Below, piece by piece: positions 21,370 to 35,529 of a stretch of 64,000 bases of DNA. The translations under genes were made by a program, and so were the position numbers. How positions within the stretch are numbered: position 1 is the stretch's first letter; every line of letters begins with the position of its first letter. A model generated the notes under the pieces. That model ran no database searches, was not told where the DNA came from, and worked only from the letters and a program-made list of their open reading frames with translations. Source of the stretch: Escherichia coli (GTDB taxonomy: Bacteria > Pseudomonadota > Gammaproteobacteria > Enterobacterales > Enterobacteriaceae); assembly GCF_016903815.1 (NCBI RefSeq), contig NZ_CP069973.1. One strand, written 5' to 3'.

Positions 21370-23631
21370 ATGACAATTCTTAATCACACCCTCGGTTTCC
21401 CTCGCGTTGGCCTGCGTCGCGAGCTGAAAAAAGCGCAAGAGAGTTATTGGGCGGGGAACTCCACGCGTGAAGAACTGCTGGCGGTAGGGCGTGAATTGCG
21501 TGCTCGTCACTGGGATCAACAAAAGCAAGCGGGTATCGACCTGCTGCCGGTGGGCGATTTTGCCTGGTACGATCATGTACTGACCACCAGTCTGCTGCTG
21601 GGTAACGTTCCGGCGCGTCATCAGAACAAAGATGGTTCGGTAGATATCGACACCCTGTTCCGTATTGGTCGTGGACGTGCGCCGACTGGCGAACCTGCGG
21701 CGGCAGCGGAAATGACCAAATGGTTTAATACCAACTATCACTACATGGTGCCGGAATTCGTTAAAGGCCAACAGTTCAAACTGACCTGGACGCAGCTGCT
21801 GGACGAAGTGGACGAGGCGCTGGCGCTGGGCCACAAGGTGAAACCTGTGCTGCTGGGGCCGGTTACCTACCTGTGGCTGGGTAAAGTGAAAGGTGAACAG
21901 TTTGATCGCCTGAGCCTGCTGAACGACATTCTTCCGATTTATCAGCAAGTGCTGGCAGAACTGGCAAAACGCGGCATTGAGTGGGTACAGATTGATGAAC
22001 CCGCGCTGGTACTGGAACTGCCGCAGGCGTGGCTGGACACATACAAACCCGCTTACGACGCGCTCCAGGGACAGGTGAAACTGCTGCTGACCACCTATTT
22101 TGAAGGCGTAACGCCAAATCTCGACACGATTACTGCGCTGCCTGTTCAGGGTCTGCATGTCGATCTTGTACATGGTAAAGATGACGTTGCTGAACTGCAC
22201 AAGCGTCTGCCTTCTGACTGGCTGCTGTCTGCGGGTCTGATCAATGGTCGTAACGTCTGGCGCGCCGATCTTACCGAGAAGTATGCGCAAATTAAGGACA
22301 TTGTCGGCAAACGCGATTTGTGGGTGGCATCTTCCTGCTCACTGCTGCACAGCCCCATCGACCTGAGCGTGGAAACGCGTCTTGATGCAGAAGTGAAAAG
22401 CTGGTTTGCCTTCGCCCTGCAAAAATGTCATGAACTGGCACTGCTGCGCGATGCGCTGAACAGTGGTGACACGGCTGCTCTGGCAGAGTGGAGCGCTCCG
22501 ATTCAGGCGCGTCGTCACTCTACTCGTGTTCATAATCCGGCAGTAGAAAAGCGTCTGGCGGCGATCACCGCCCAGGACAGTCAGCGTGCGAATGTCTATG
22601 AAGTGCGTGCTGAAGCCCAGCGTGCGCGTTTTAAACTGCCCGCGTGGCCGACCACCACGATTGGTTCCTTCCCGCAAACCACGGAGATTCGTACCCTGCG
22701 TCTGGATTTTAAAAAGGGTAATCTCGACGCCAATAACTACCGCACGGGCATTGCGGAACATATCAAGCAGGCCATTGTTGAGCAGGAACGTTTGGGACTG
22801 GATGTGCTGGTACATGGCGAGGCTGAGCGTAATGACATGGTGGAATACTTTGGCGAGCACCTCGACGGTTTTGTCTTTACGCAAAACGGTTGGGTACAGA
22901 GCTACGGTTCACGCTGCGTGAAGCCACCGATTGTTATTGGTGACGTTAGCCGCCCGGCACCGATTACCGTTGAGTGGGCGAAGTATGCGCAATCCCTGAC
23001 TGATAAACCGGTGAAAGGGATGTTGACCGGCCCGGTGACTATTCTCTGCTGGTCGTTCCCGCGTGAAGATGTCAGCCGTGAAACCATCGCCAAACAAATT
23101 GCGCTGGCGCTGCGTGATGAAGTGGCGGACCTGGAAGCCGCTGGAATTGGCATCATCCAGATTGATGAACCGGCACTGCGCGAAGGTTTACCGCTGCGTC
23201 GCGGCGACTGGGATGCCTATCTCCAGTGGGGCGTGGAGGCTTTCCGTATCAACGCCGCCGTGGCGAAAGATGACACACAAATCCACACTCACATGTGTTA
23301 CTGCGAGTTCAACGACATCATGGATTCGATTGCGGCGCTGGACGCAGACGTCATCACCATCGAAACCTCGCGTTCCGACATGGAGTTGCTGGAGTCGTTT
23401 GAAGAGTTTGATTATCCAAATGAAATCGGTCCTGGCGTCTATGACATTCACTCGCCAAACGTACCGAGCGTAGAATGGATTGAAGCCTTGCTGAAGAAAG
23501 CGGCAAAACGCATTCCGGCAGAGCGTCTGTGGGTCAACCCGGACTGTGGCCTGAAAACGCGCGGCTGGCCAGAAACCCGCGCGGCACTGGCGAACATGGT
23601 GCAGGCGGCGCAGAATTTGCGTCGGGGATGA
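21370..23631 (+). CDS. metE: cobalamin-independent methionine synthase
   Basis: 753 aa [22 protein letters not shown]...; matches remembered MetE. Confidence 0.95.
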   Translation: MTILNHTLGFPRVGLRRELKKAQESYWAGNSTREELLAVGRELRARHWDQQKQAGIDLLPVGDFAWYDHVLTTSLLLGNVPARHQNKDGSVDIDTLFRIGRGRAPTGEPAAAAEMTKWFNTNYHYMVPEFVKGQQFKLTWTQLLDEVDEALALGHKVKPVLLGPVTYLWLGKVKGEQFDRLSLLNDILPIYQQVLAELAKRGIEWVQIDEPALVLELPQAWLDTYKPAYDALQGQVKLLLTTYFEGVTPNLDTITALPVQGLHVDLVHGKDDVAELHKRLPSDWLLSAGLINGRNVWRADLTEKYAQIKDIVGKRDLWVASSCSLLHSPIDLSVETRLDAEVKSWFAFALQKCHELALLRDALNSGDTAALAEWSAPIQARRHSTRVHNPAVEKRLAAITAQDSQRANVYEVRAEAQRARFKLPAWPTTTIGSFPQTTEIRTLRLDFKKGNLDANNYRTGIAEHIKQAIVEQERLGLDVLVHGEAERNDMVEYFGEHLDGFVFTQNGWVQSYGSRCVKPPIVIGDVSRPAPITVEWAKYAQSLTDKPVKGMLTGPVTILCWSFPREDVSRETIAKQIALALRDEVADLEAAGIGIIQIDEPALREGLPLRRGDWDAYLQWGVEAFRINAAVAKDDTQIHTHMCYCEFNDIMDSIAALDADVITIETSRSDMELLESFEEFDYPNEIGPGVYDIHSPNVPSVEWIEALLKKAAKRIPAERLWVNPDCGLKTRGWPETRAALANMVQAAQNLRRG

Positions 23632-23799
23632 CGAATATTAACGAGTCACTGTAAATTGCAGTACGATAATGGCTTCCAGCACTGGAAGCCATTTTGCATG
23701 AGTGCCAGATTGAAGCTGATCTTCAGGAGCAGAAATAACCGAATCGTTTTTTTCGCAAAACACAGTTTTGAGTGATTCCGTTCAGTAATCAACGCTACG

Positions 23800-24060
23800 T
23801 TATTTATTCTCACGTTGCACGAGATTGTATCCCTTTTCACTAACGTGGTAGTGAGGCATAGACTTATTCCCGCTATCCTCAATAATAACCAAACCTTCGT
23901 TAGCTAATTTGTTAACAATGTTAACAACATTCCCGAATCCTGGAATTTGCCTTATGGATAGTGTGCGATCGAGATTCATCCAGTTCCAGTTTATATCTTT
24001 CTCAGTCATAACGTTCAGCACGTTAAGTTCATTTTTAGTGATCACGATATTCTGTACCAA
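23800..24060 (-). CDS. small winged-helix-like protein, paralogue 2; candidate immunity protein
   Basis: 86 aa; roughly 55-60% identical by eye to the neighbouring 85-aa ORF (shared IPGFGNV..NIV.KL...GLV core); AT-rich island. Confidence 0.55.
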   Translation of the reverse strand: MVQNIVITKNELNVLNVMTEKDINWNWMNLDRTLSIRQIPGFGNVVNIVNKLANEGLVIIEDSGNKSMPHYHVSEKGYNLVQRENK

Positions 24061-24119
24061 AATTGATGAGTATCTTATTGAAAGATCACAATGTAAATCA
24101 TGCTCCTGTAATGGCTGGA

Positions 24120-24377
24120 TCAGAAGAGGTTGTCTTGTTGTTCTTTGATAAGATTCAATCCATATTGAGAAACTCTGTAGCGTGGTCTAGAGTTGCCCTC
24201 ACCATTTACGATATCAACCAACCCATGATTAACCAGCTTTGTTACGATATTCGCTACGTTGCCAAATCCTGGAATATTTCGTATAGCTAAAGTACGATCC
24301 AGCACCATCCAGCTCCAGTCAATATCTTTCTCAGCCATAACTTTCAGCACGTTAAATTCAACTATCGTAATCGTCAT
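24120..24377 (-). CDS. small winged-helix-like protein, paralogue 1; candidate cognate immunity protein
   Basis: 85 aa; start overlaps the stop of the Hcp-extension gene (ATGA), implying translational coupling. Confidence 0.55.
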   Translation of the reverse strand: MTITIVEFNVLKVMAEKDIDWSWMVLDRTLAIRNIPGFGNVANIVTKLVNHGLVDIVNGEGNSRPRYRVSQYGLNLIKEQQDNLF

Positions 24378-25507
24378 TTTGTTGCATCCGGATGAAATAA
24401 GTCAGTATCTTTAATTTTAAAGTCTTCTAGAGTTGCAGTATGTACATTATTCCATAATTCATATCCATCTAAACCTTTCGGTTCACCTGTTTCCCATCCT
24501 AAATTACAATAACGCTGATACTCGCGACATTCATGAGTATAGTAGTTCAGATCGTATTTTTCAGGAAGCAATTCTTTATTTGCTATTTTCTTTAGCCTTG
24601 AAATCATTACATCATTAGCTGGATCATGATCAAATCTGGAGATATGCTTTTCAACAATAGCGATACCTTCCCTGTTGATTGTTACGCCATCTATCGTCAG
24701 GTTTTCAATTGGACCACCGGCAAGGTCGGGATTAAATGGTCTTCCTGATACTGCTCCTCTGGCTCCGAAATGCTCAAGTGATTCCAAATCAGGGAATCTC
24801 ATTCTTCCCAGAACAACTCCAGCAACTATTGAAGCACCAGCGATGAGTAACCCTTTGTTATCCATAACTTGATCGTAACCAGCAGGTGCATCTCCTCCCA
24901 ACTTGTTTGCTGTTTCCCTGAATCCTTCGATATTCCCATTGTATATGCCGCCAGCAGCAAGCAGTCTGCCAACCGCTTTACTATTGAGTGTTTTGAGGCC
25001 ATTATCATCTTTAGTTTTTGGCCGTGGTATAAACAGACGGTTGTAGTTATCGGGAAATGCCAAATAACTAAATTCAGTATTAGCAATCAGATGCCTGGAG
25101 AGTATATATTCATAACTGACAGTGATGGTTTCTGTATCCAGATTGTTCTCAGTAAACAGGTGATTGATTGCTGATAAGAGCGCGCCGCGAAGTTGAATGT
25201 TGTAATATTTCTCCCATCGACCAAATCTATTGATCCGATAGAAGTCAAACTCCATGAACAACTGCTCGTTATTGTTAATAGCGTTAATAAGTAACGGGGA
25301 GCTTTTGTCAATCAATTTACAGAAACTAAGGCCATGCAATTGTGACCCTTTGCCTGTATTCGTAATACTATTAGAGAGCGAGAACGCGAAGATTTCATCT
25401 TCATGGCCAATCTGCCAGCGATTACCTATTGATGCGCTCGTTCCACAACGAGAGGAAATACATCCTTGTTGTTCTCCGGTTATGTTCAGGTAAATAATAT
25501 CACTCAT
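24374..25507 (-). CDS. Hcp (T6SS tube protein) fused to a C-terminal extension: candidate 'extended Hcp' toxin
   Basis: 377 aa; N-terminal ~150 aa aligns by eye to Hcp (IYLNITGEQQG ~ IKGESKD; FCKLIDKSSPLL ~ FTKYIDKSTPNL; FYRIN ~ WYKIN); ~220-aa extension with a Gly/Ala-rich hydrophobic stretch and an unassigned C-terminal domain. Confidence 0.75.
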   Translation of the reverse strand: MSDIIYLNITGEQQGCISSRCGTSASIGNRWQIGHEDEIFAFSLSNSITNTGKGSQLHGLSFCKLIDKSSPLLINAINNNEQLFMEFDFYRINRFGRWEKYYNIQLRGALLSAINHLFTENNLDTETITVSYEYILSRHLIANTEFSYLAFPDNYNRLFIPRPKTKDDNGLKTLNSKAVGRLLAAGGIYNGNIEGFRETANKLGGDAPAGYDQVMDNKGLLIAGASIVAGVVLGRMRFPDLESLEHFGARGAVSGRPFNPDLAGGPIENLTIDGVTINREGIAIVEKHISRFDHDPANDVMISRLKKIANKELLPEKYDLNYYTHECREYQRYCNLGWETGEPKGLDGYELWNNVHTATLEDFKIKDTDLFHPDATK

Positions 25508-25898
25508 CCTTGAAAAACCTTTTGTTAATTCTTTTGTGAAAGAAAAATAGTATTGTTATTTTTTACCTTTATTTACGCCTAAAAGGGATGAACTAAAATG
25601 TGAAAAACAAAATGTTTCACTTTAATATCTTTTTATCAGGAAGGTCTGAGATAATTTATAATTAATGTGAATGTGTTGATAATAATTAATGTTTGTTTGA
25701 GAATGGGAGTTGATGGTAAATCTCTAAGGTGTCTGCCAGTGAAGAGACTCACTTATGACTATTACTTGCCGACTTTCTTAAGGTCAAATAGCGGAGTCGT
25801 GCTCTCCAATCAATTCATACTGATTATTTTTTGGGGGACAGAGATGGCAGCAAAACGCACTCGTTCACTCACCATCTCAAATATAGACTAAGAGGAAA

Positions 25899-26711
25899 CT
25901 AATTCCGCTTCCCACCATACTGCTTAAACCACTCCAGCATACGCTGCCAGCCATCTTTCGCAGATTCGGCATGATAGCTCGGGCGATAATCGGCGTTGAA
26001 TGCATGCCCGGCATCCGGGTAGACGATAATCTCTGCTTTCGCATTAGCAGCCCGCAGCGCCTGGCGCATGGTTTCAACGCTCTCCTGCGGAATGCTGTTA
26101 TCCTGACCACCATATAAGCCGAGAACCGGCGCGTTAAGATCGGTTGCGATATCAACAGGTTGTTTCGGTGAATTCAGCGACTTATCGCCTGTCAGTTTGC
26201 CGTACCATGCCACCGCCGCTTTCAGTTGCGGGTTATGCGCAGCATACAGCCAGGTGATACGTCCACCCCAGCAGAATCCGGTGATCATTAAACGATGAAC
26301 ATCGCCGCCGTTGCGGGAAGCCCAACTGGCGACATGATCGAGATCGGCCAGCACCTGCGAGTCAGGCACTTTTGCTACCAGACCGCTAAGCAACGTGGGG
26401 ATATCGGCAAAATCATTCGGATCGCCTTCGCGGAAGTAAAGTTCAGGTGCAATAGCCAGATACCCCTCCAGCGCCAGACGGCGACAAATGTCGCGGATAT
26501 GTTCATGCACGCCAAAAATATCCTGCACTACAATGACCACTGGCAGTGGGCCATCGCTCTGCTTTGGTCTGGCATGGTAAGCAGGCATGTTATCCCCTTG
26601 TGAAGGGATAGAGGTGAAGCCCGCCACAATCGCGTCGTCCGGAGTCTGAACGATGGTCGAAGCGAGAGGCGATGCAGCAGGTGCAAATCCAGATTGTTGT
26701 GTTGTTGCCAT
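25899..26711 (-). CDS. ysgA: dienelactone hydrolase-family protein YsgA
   Basis: 271 aa from ATG at 26711 (MATTQQSGFAPAAS...); track ORF extends upstream in frame. Confidence 0.85.
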   Translation of the reverse strand: MATTQQSGFAPAASPLASTIVQTPDDAIVAGFTSIPSQGDNMPAYHARPKQSDGPLPVVIVVQDIFGVHEHIRDICRRLALEGYLAIAPELYFREGDPNDFADIPTLLSGLVAKVPDSQVLADLDHVASWASRNGGDVHRLMITGFCWGGRITWLYAAHNPQLKAAVAWYGKLTGDKSLNSPKQPVDIATDLNAPVLGLYGGQDNSIPQESVETMRQALRAANAKAEIIVYPDAGHAFNADYRPSYHAESAKDGWQRMLEWFKQYGGKRN

Positions 26712-26829
26712 GGTATTCTCCGTACCCTTATAAAAATGTTGCGCAATGTTAACTATAGTCAGCATGCAACAAATCACATTGCCTGAATCGGCTCATCTTT
26801 TATGCAGTCCTGCAGAATGAAGAGTGATT

Positions 26830-26899
26830 TATGTGATTTGCATCACTTTTGGGGGGTAAATTTATGCAACGCATTTGCGTCATGGTGATGAGTATCACG
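26830..26899 (+). promoter_or_regulatory. udp promoter with two CRP-like sites
   Basis: TGTGAtttgcaTCACT (26832-26847) and GGTGAtgagtaTCACG (26884-26899), ~53 bp apart, upstream of udp; matches known CRP/CytR control of udp. Confidence 0.5.
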
Positions 26900-26972
26900 A
26901 AAAAATGTTAAACCCTTCGGTAAAGTGTCTTTTTGCTTCTTCTGACTAAACCGATTCACAGAGGAGTTGTAT

Positions 26973-27734
26973 ATGTCCAAGTCTGATGTTTTTCATCTCG
27001 GCCTCACTAAAAACGATTTACAAGGGGCTACGCTTGCCATCGTCCCTGGCGACCCGGATCGTGTGGAAAAGATCGCCGCGCTGATGGATAAGCCGGTTAA
27101 GCTGGCATCTCACCGCGAATTCACCACCTGGCGTGCAGAGCTGGATGGTAAACCTGTTATCGTCTGCTCTACCGGTATCGGCGGCCCGTCTACCTCTATT
27201 GCTGTTGAAGAGCTGGCACAGCTGGGCATTCGCACCTTCCTGCGTATCGGTACAACGGGCGCTATTCAGCCGCATATTAATGTGGGTGATGTCCTGGTTA
27301 CCACGGCGTCTGTTCGTCTGGATGGCGCGAGCCTGCACTTCGCACCGCTGGAATTCCCGGCTGTCGCTGATTTCGAATGTACGACTGCGCTGGTTGAGGC
27401 TGCGAAATCCATCGGCGCGACGACTCACGTTGGCGTGACGGCTTCTTCTGATACCTTCTACCCAGGTCAGGAACGTTACGATACTTACTCTGGTCGCGTA
27501 GTTCGTCACTTTAAAGGTTCTATGGAAGAGTGGCAGGCGATGGGCGTAATGAACTATGAAATGGAATCTGCAACCCTGCTGACCATGTGTGCAAGTCAGG
27601 GCCTACGTGCCGGTATGGTAGCGGGTGTTATCGTTAACCGCACCCAGCAAGAGATCCCGAATGCTGAGACGATGAAACAAACTGAAAGCCAAGCGGTGAA
27701 AATCGTGGTGGAAGCGGCGCGTCGTCTGCTGTAA
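26973..27734 (+). CDS. udp: uridine phosphorylase
   Basis: 253 aa [28 protein letters not shown]... Confidence 0.95.
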   Translation: MSKSDVFHLGLTKNDLQGATLAIVPGDPDRVEKIAALMDKPVKLASHREFTTWRAELDGKPVIVCSTGIGGPSTSIAVEELAQLGIRTFLRIGTTGAIQPHINVGDVLVTTASVRLDGASLHFAPLEFPAVADFECTTALVEAAKSIGATTHVGVTASSDTFYPGQERYDTYSGRVVRHFKGSMEEWQAMGVMNYEMESATLLTMCASQGLRAGMVAGVIVNRTQQEIPNAETMKQTESQAVKIVVEAARRLL

Positions 27735-27874
27735 TCCTCTTCTCCTGTCTGAAGGCCGACGCGTTCGGCCTTTTGTATTTTTGCGTAGCGCCTCGCAGGA
27801 AATGCCTTTCCAACTGGACGTTTGTACAGCACAATTCTATTTTGTGCGGGTAAGTTGTTGCGTCAGGAGGCGTT

Positions 27875-29302
27875 GTGGATTTCTCAATCATGGTTTACGC
27901 AGTTATTGCGTTGGTGGGTGTGGCAATTGGCTGGCTGTTTGCCAGTTATCAACATGCGCAGCAAAAAGCCGAGCAATTAGCTGAACGTGAAGAGATGGTC
28001 GCGGAGTTAAGCGCGGCAAAACAACAAATTACCCAAAGCGAGCACTGGCGCGCTGAGTGCGAGTTACTCAATAACGAAGTGCGCAGCCTGCAAAGTATTA
28101 ACACCTCTCTGGAGGCCGATCTGCGTGAAGTAACCACGCGGATGGAAGCCGCACAGCAACATGCTGACGATAAAATTCGCCAGATGATTAACAGCGAGCA
28201 GCGCCTCAGTGAGCAGTTTGAAAACCTCGCCAACCGTATTTTTGAGCACAGCAATCGCCGGGTTGATGAGCAAAACCGTCAGAGTCTGAACAGCCTGTTG
28301 TCGCCGCTGCGTGAACAACTGGATGGTTTTCGCCGACAGGTACAGGACAGCTTTGGTAAAGAAGCACAAGAACGCCATACCCTGACCCACGAAATTCGTA
28401 ATCTACAACAACTCAACGCGCAAATGGCCCAGGAAGCGATCAACCTGACCCGCGCGCTGAAAGGCGATAACAAAACCCAGGGGAACTGGGGCGAAGTGGT
28501 ACTGACGCGGGTGCTGGAGGCTTCCGGACTGCGTGAAGGGTATGAATACGAAACCCAGGTCAGCATCGAAAATGACGCCCGCTCGCGGATGCAGCCGGAT
28601 GTCATCGTGCGGCTACCGCAGGGGAAAGATGTGGTGATCGATGCCAAAATGACGCTGGTCGCCTATGAACGCTACTTCAACGCGGAAGACGACTACACAC
28701 GCGAAAGCGCATTGCAGGAGCATATTGCTTCGGTACGTAATCACATCCGCTTGCTTGGGCGCAAAGACTATCAACAGCTGCCGGGGCTACGAACGCTGGA
28801 TTACGTGCTGATGTTTATCCCTGTGGAACCCGCTTTTTTACTGGCGCTTGATCGCCAGCCGGAGCTGATCACCGAAGCATTAAAGAACAACATAATGCTG
28901 GTTAGCCCCACCACGCTGCTGGTGGCGTTGCGTACTATCGCCAACCTTTGGCGTTATGAGCATCAAAGCCGTAACGCCCAGCAAATCGCCGATCGCGCCA
29001 GCAAGCTGTACGACAAGATGCGTTTGTTCGTCGATGACATGTCAGCGATTGGTCAAAGTCTCGACAAAGCGCAGGATAACTATCGCCAGGCAATGAAAAA
29101 ACTCTCTTCAGGTCGCGGAAATGTGCTGGCGCAGGCAGAAGCGTTTCGCGGTTTAGGGGTAGAAATTAAACGCGAGATTAATCCGGATTTGGCTGAACAA
29201 GCGGTGAGCCAGGATGAAGAGTATCGACTGCGGTCGGTTCCGGAGCAGCCGAATGATGAAGCTTATCAACGCGATGATGAATATAATCAGCAGTCGCGCT
29301 AG
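27875..29302 (+). CDS. rmuC: DNA recombination protein RmuC
   Basis: 475 aa; N-terminal TM segment, long coiled-coil, C-terminal RmuC domain. Confidence 0.9.
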   Translation: MDFSIMVYAVIALVGVAIGWLFASYQHAQQKAEQLAEREEMVAELSAAKQQITQSEHWRAECELLNNEVRSLQSINTSLEADLREVTTRMEAAQQHADDKIRQMINSEQRLSEQFENLANRIFEHSNRRVDEQNRQSLNSLLSPLREQLDGFRRQVQDSFGKEAQERHTLTHEIRNLQQLNAQMAQEAINLTRALKGDNKTQGNWGEVVLTRVLEASGLREGYEYETQVSIENDARSRMQPDVIVRLPQGKDVVIDAKMTLVAYERYFNAEDDYTRESALQEHIASVRNHIRLLGRKDYQQLPGLRTLDYVLMFIPVEPAFLLALDRQPELITEALKNNIMLVSPTTLLVALRTIANLWRYEHQSRNAQQIADRASKLYDKMRLFVDDMSAIGQSLDKAQDNYRQAMKKLSSGRGNVLAQAEAFRGLGVEIKREINPDLAEQAVSQDEEYRLRSVPEQPNDEAYQRDDEYNQQSR

Positions 29303-29396
29303 CCCATTGGGGGTAGTTAAGCCGGGTAGAAATCTAGGGCATCGACGCCCAATCTGTTACACTTCTGGAACAATTTTTTGATGAGCAGGCATTGAG

Positions 29397-30152
29397 ATGG
29401 TGGATAAGTCACAAGAAACGACGCACTTTGGTTTTCAGACCGTCGCGAAGGAACAAAAAGCGGATATGGTCGCCCACGTTTTCCATTCCGTGGCATCAAA
29501 ATACGATGTCATGAATGATTTGATGTCATTTGGTATTCATCGTTTGTGGAAGCGATTCACGATTGATTGCAGCGGCGTACGCCGTGGGCAGACCGTGCTG
29601 GATCTGGCTGGTGGCACCGGCGACCTGACAGCGAAATTCTCCCGCCTGGTCGGAGAAACTGGCAAAGTGGTCCTTGCTGATATCAATGAATCCATGCTCA
29701 AAATGGGCCGCGAGAAGCTGCGTAATATCGGTGTGATTGGCAACGTTGAGTATGTTCAGGCGAACGCTGAGGCGCTGCCGTTCCCGGATAACACCTTTGA
29801 TTGCATCACTATTTCGTTTGGTCTGCGTAACGTCACCGACAAAGATAAAGCACTGCGTTCAATGTATCGCGTGCTGAAACCCGGCGGCCGCCTGCTGGTG
29901 CTTGAGTTCTCGAAGCCAATTATCGAGCCGCTGAGCAAAGCCTATGATGCATACTCCTTCCATGTGCTGCCGCGTATTGGCTCACTGGTCGCGAACGACG
30001 CCGACAGCTATCGTTATCTGGCAGAATCCATCCGTATGCATCCCGATCAGGATACTCTGAAAGCCATGATGCAGGATGCCGGATTCGAAAGTGTCGACTA
30101 CTACAATCTGACGGCAGGGGTTGTGGCGTTGCATCGTGGTTATAAGTTCTGA
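29397..30152 (+). CDS. ubiE: ubiquinone/menaquinone C-methyltransferase UbiE
   Basis: 251 aa; SAM-binding motif LDLAGGTGD. Confidence 0.95.
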
Positions 30153-30165
30153 CAGGAGACCGGAA

Positions 30166-32408
<2,243 letters not shown>

Positions 32409-32486
32409 TTTTTTCATCGCTCAAGGCGGGCCGTGTAACGTATAATGCGGCCTTGTTTAATCATCATCTACCACAGAGGAACATGT

Positions 32487-32756
32487 ATGGGTGGTATCAG
32501 TATTTGGCAGTTATTGATTATTGCCGTCATCGTTGTACTGCTTTTTGGCACCAAAAAGCTCGGCTCCATCGGTTCCGATCTTGGTGCGTCGATCAAAGGC
32601 TTTAAAAAAGCAATGAGCGATGATGAACCAAAGCAGGATAAAACCAGTCAGGATGCTGATTTTACTGCGAAAACTATCGCCGATAAGCAGGCGGATACGA
32701 ATCAGGAACAGGCTAAAACAGAAGACGCGAAGCGCCACGATAAAGAGCAGGTGTAA
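32487..32756 (+). CDS. tatA: twin-arginine translocase subunit TatA
   Basis: 89 aa [27 protein letters not shown]... Confidence 0.95.
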   Translation: MGGISIWQLLIIAVIVVLLFGTKKLGSIGSDLGASIKGFKKAMSDDEPKQDKTSQDADFTAKTIADKQADTNQEQAKTEDAKRHDKEQV

Positions 32757-32759
32757 TCC

Positions 32760-33275
32760 GTGTTTGATATCGGTTTTAGCGAACTGCTATTGGTATTCAT
32801 CATCGGCCTCGTCGTTCTGGGGCCGCAACGACTGCCTGTGGCGGTAAAAACGGTCGCGGGCTGGATTCGCGCGTTGCGTTCACTGGCGACAACGGTGCAG
32901 AACGAACTGACCCAGGAGTTAAAACTCCAGGAGTTTCAGGACAGTCTGAAAAAGGTTGAAAAGGCGAGCCTCACTAACCTGACGCCCGAACTGAAAGCGT
33001 CGATGGATGAACTACGCCAGGCCGCGGAGTCGATGAAGCGTTCCTACGTTGCAAACGATCCTGAAAAGGCGAGCGATGAAGCGCACACCATCCACAACCC
33101 GGTGGTGAAAGACAATGAAACTGCGCATGAAGGCGTAACGCCTGCTGCTGCACAAACGCAGGCCAGTTCGCCGGAACAGAAGCCAGAAACCACGCCAGAG
33201 CCGGTGGTAAAACCTGCTGCGGACGCTGAACCGAAAACCGCTGCACCTTCCCCTTCGTCGAGTGATAAACCGTAA
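32760..33275 (+). CDS. tatB: twin-arginine translocase subunit TatB
   Basis: 171 aa, GTG start, [26 protein letters not shown]... Confidence 0.95.
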
Positions 33276-33277
33276 AC

Positions 33278-34054
33278 ATGTCTGTAGAAGATACTCAACC
33301 GCTTATCACGCATCTGATTGAGCTGCGTAAGCGTCTGCTGAACTGCATTATCGCGGTGATCGTGATATTCCTGTGTCTGGTCTATTTCGCCAATGACATC
33401 TATCACCTGGTATCCGCGCCATTGATCAAGCAGTTGCCGCAAGGTTCAACGATGATCGCCACCGACGTGGCCTCACCGTTCTTTACGCCGATCAAGCTGA
33501 CCTTTATGGTGTCGCTGATTCTGTCAGCGCCGGTGATTCTCTATCAGGTGTGGGCGTTTATCGCCCCAGCGCTGTATAAGCATGAACGTCGCCTGGTGGT
33601 GCCGCTGCTGGTTTCCAGCTCTCTGTTGTTTTATATCGGCATGGCGTTCGCCTACTTTGTGGTCTTTCCGCTGGCATTTGGCTTCCTTGCCAATACCGCG
33701 CCGGAAGGGGTACAGGTATCCACCGACATCGCCAGCTATTTAAGCTTCGTTATGGCGCTGTTTATGGCGTTTGGTGTCTCCTTTGAAGTGCCGGTGGCAA
33801 TAGTGCTGCTGTGCTGGATGGGGATTACCTCGCCAGAAGACTTACGCAAAAAACGCCCGTATGTGCTGGTTGGTGCATTCGTTGTCGGGATGCTGCTGAC
33901 ACCGCCGGATGTCTTCTCGCAAACGCTGTTGGCGATCCCTATGTACTGTCTGTTTGAAATCGGTGTCTTCTTCTCACGCTTTTACGTTGGTAAAGGGCGA
34001 AATCGGGAAGAGGAAAACGACGCTGAAGCAGAAAGCGAAAAAACTGAAGAATAA
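33278..34054 (+). CDS. tatC: twin-arginine translocase subunit TatC
   Basis: 258 aa, six TM helices. Confidence 0.95.
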
Positions 34055-34095
34055 ATTCAACCGCCCGACAGGGCGGTTGTCATATGGAGTACAGG

Positions 34096-35408
<1,313 letters not shown>

Positions 35409-35529
35409 TTACGCTAAGTTAATTATATTCCCCGGTTTGCGTTATACCGTCAGAGTTCACGCTAATTTAACAAATTTACAGCATCGCAAAGATGAACGCC
35501 GTATAATGGGCGCAGATTAAGAGGCTACA

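Noticed and set aside
21262-22290. 342-aa minus-strand ORF within metE
   Set aside because: Antisense shadow of metE; no recognisable domain
23646-23882. 78-aa minus-strand ORF overlapping the 3' end of immunity-like paralogue 2
   Set aside because: Overlaps the better-supported paralogue in another frame and runs into the metE terminator region
24826-25311. Several 60-100-aa ORFs in alternative frames inside the Hcp-extension gene
   Set aside because: Frame artefacts of AT-rich sequence inside the 377-aa ORF, which has the Hcp match
25667-25891. 74-aa plus-strand ORF upstream of the Hcp-extension gene
   Set aside because: Lies in the very AT-rich promoter region, has no ribosome-binding context and low-complexity composition; more likely regulatory DNA
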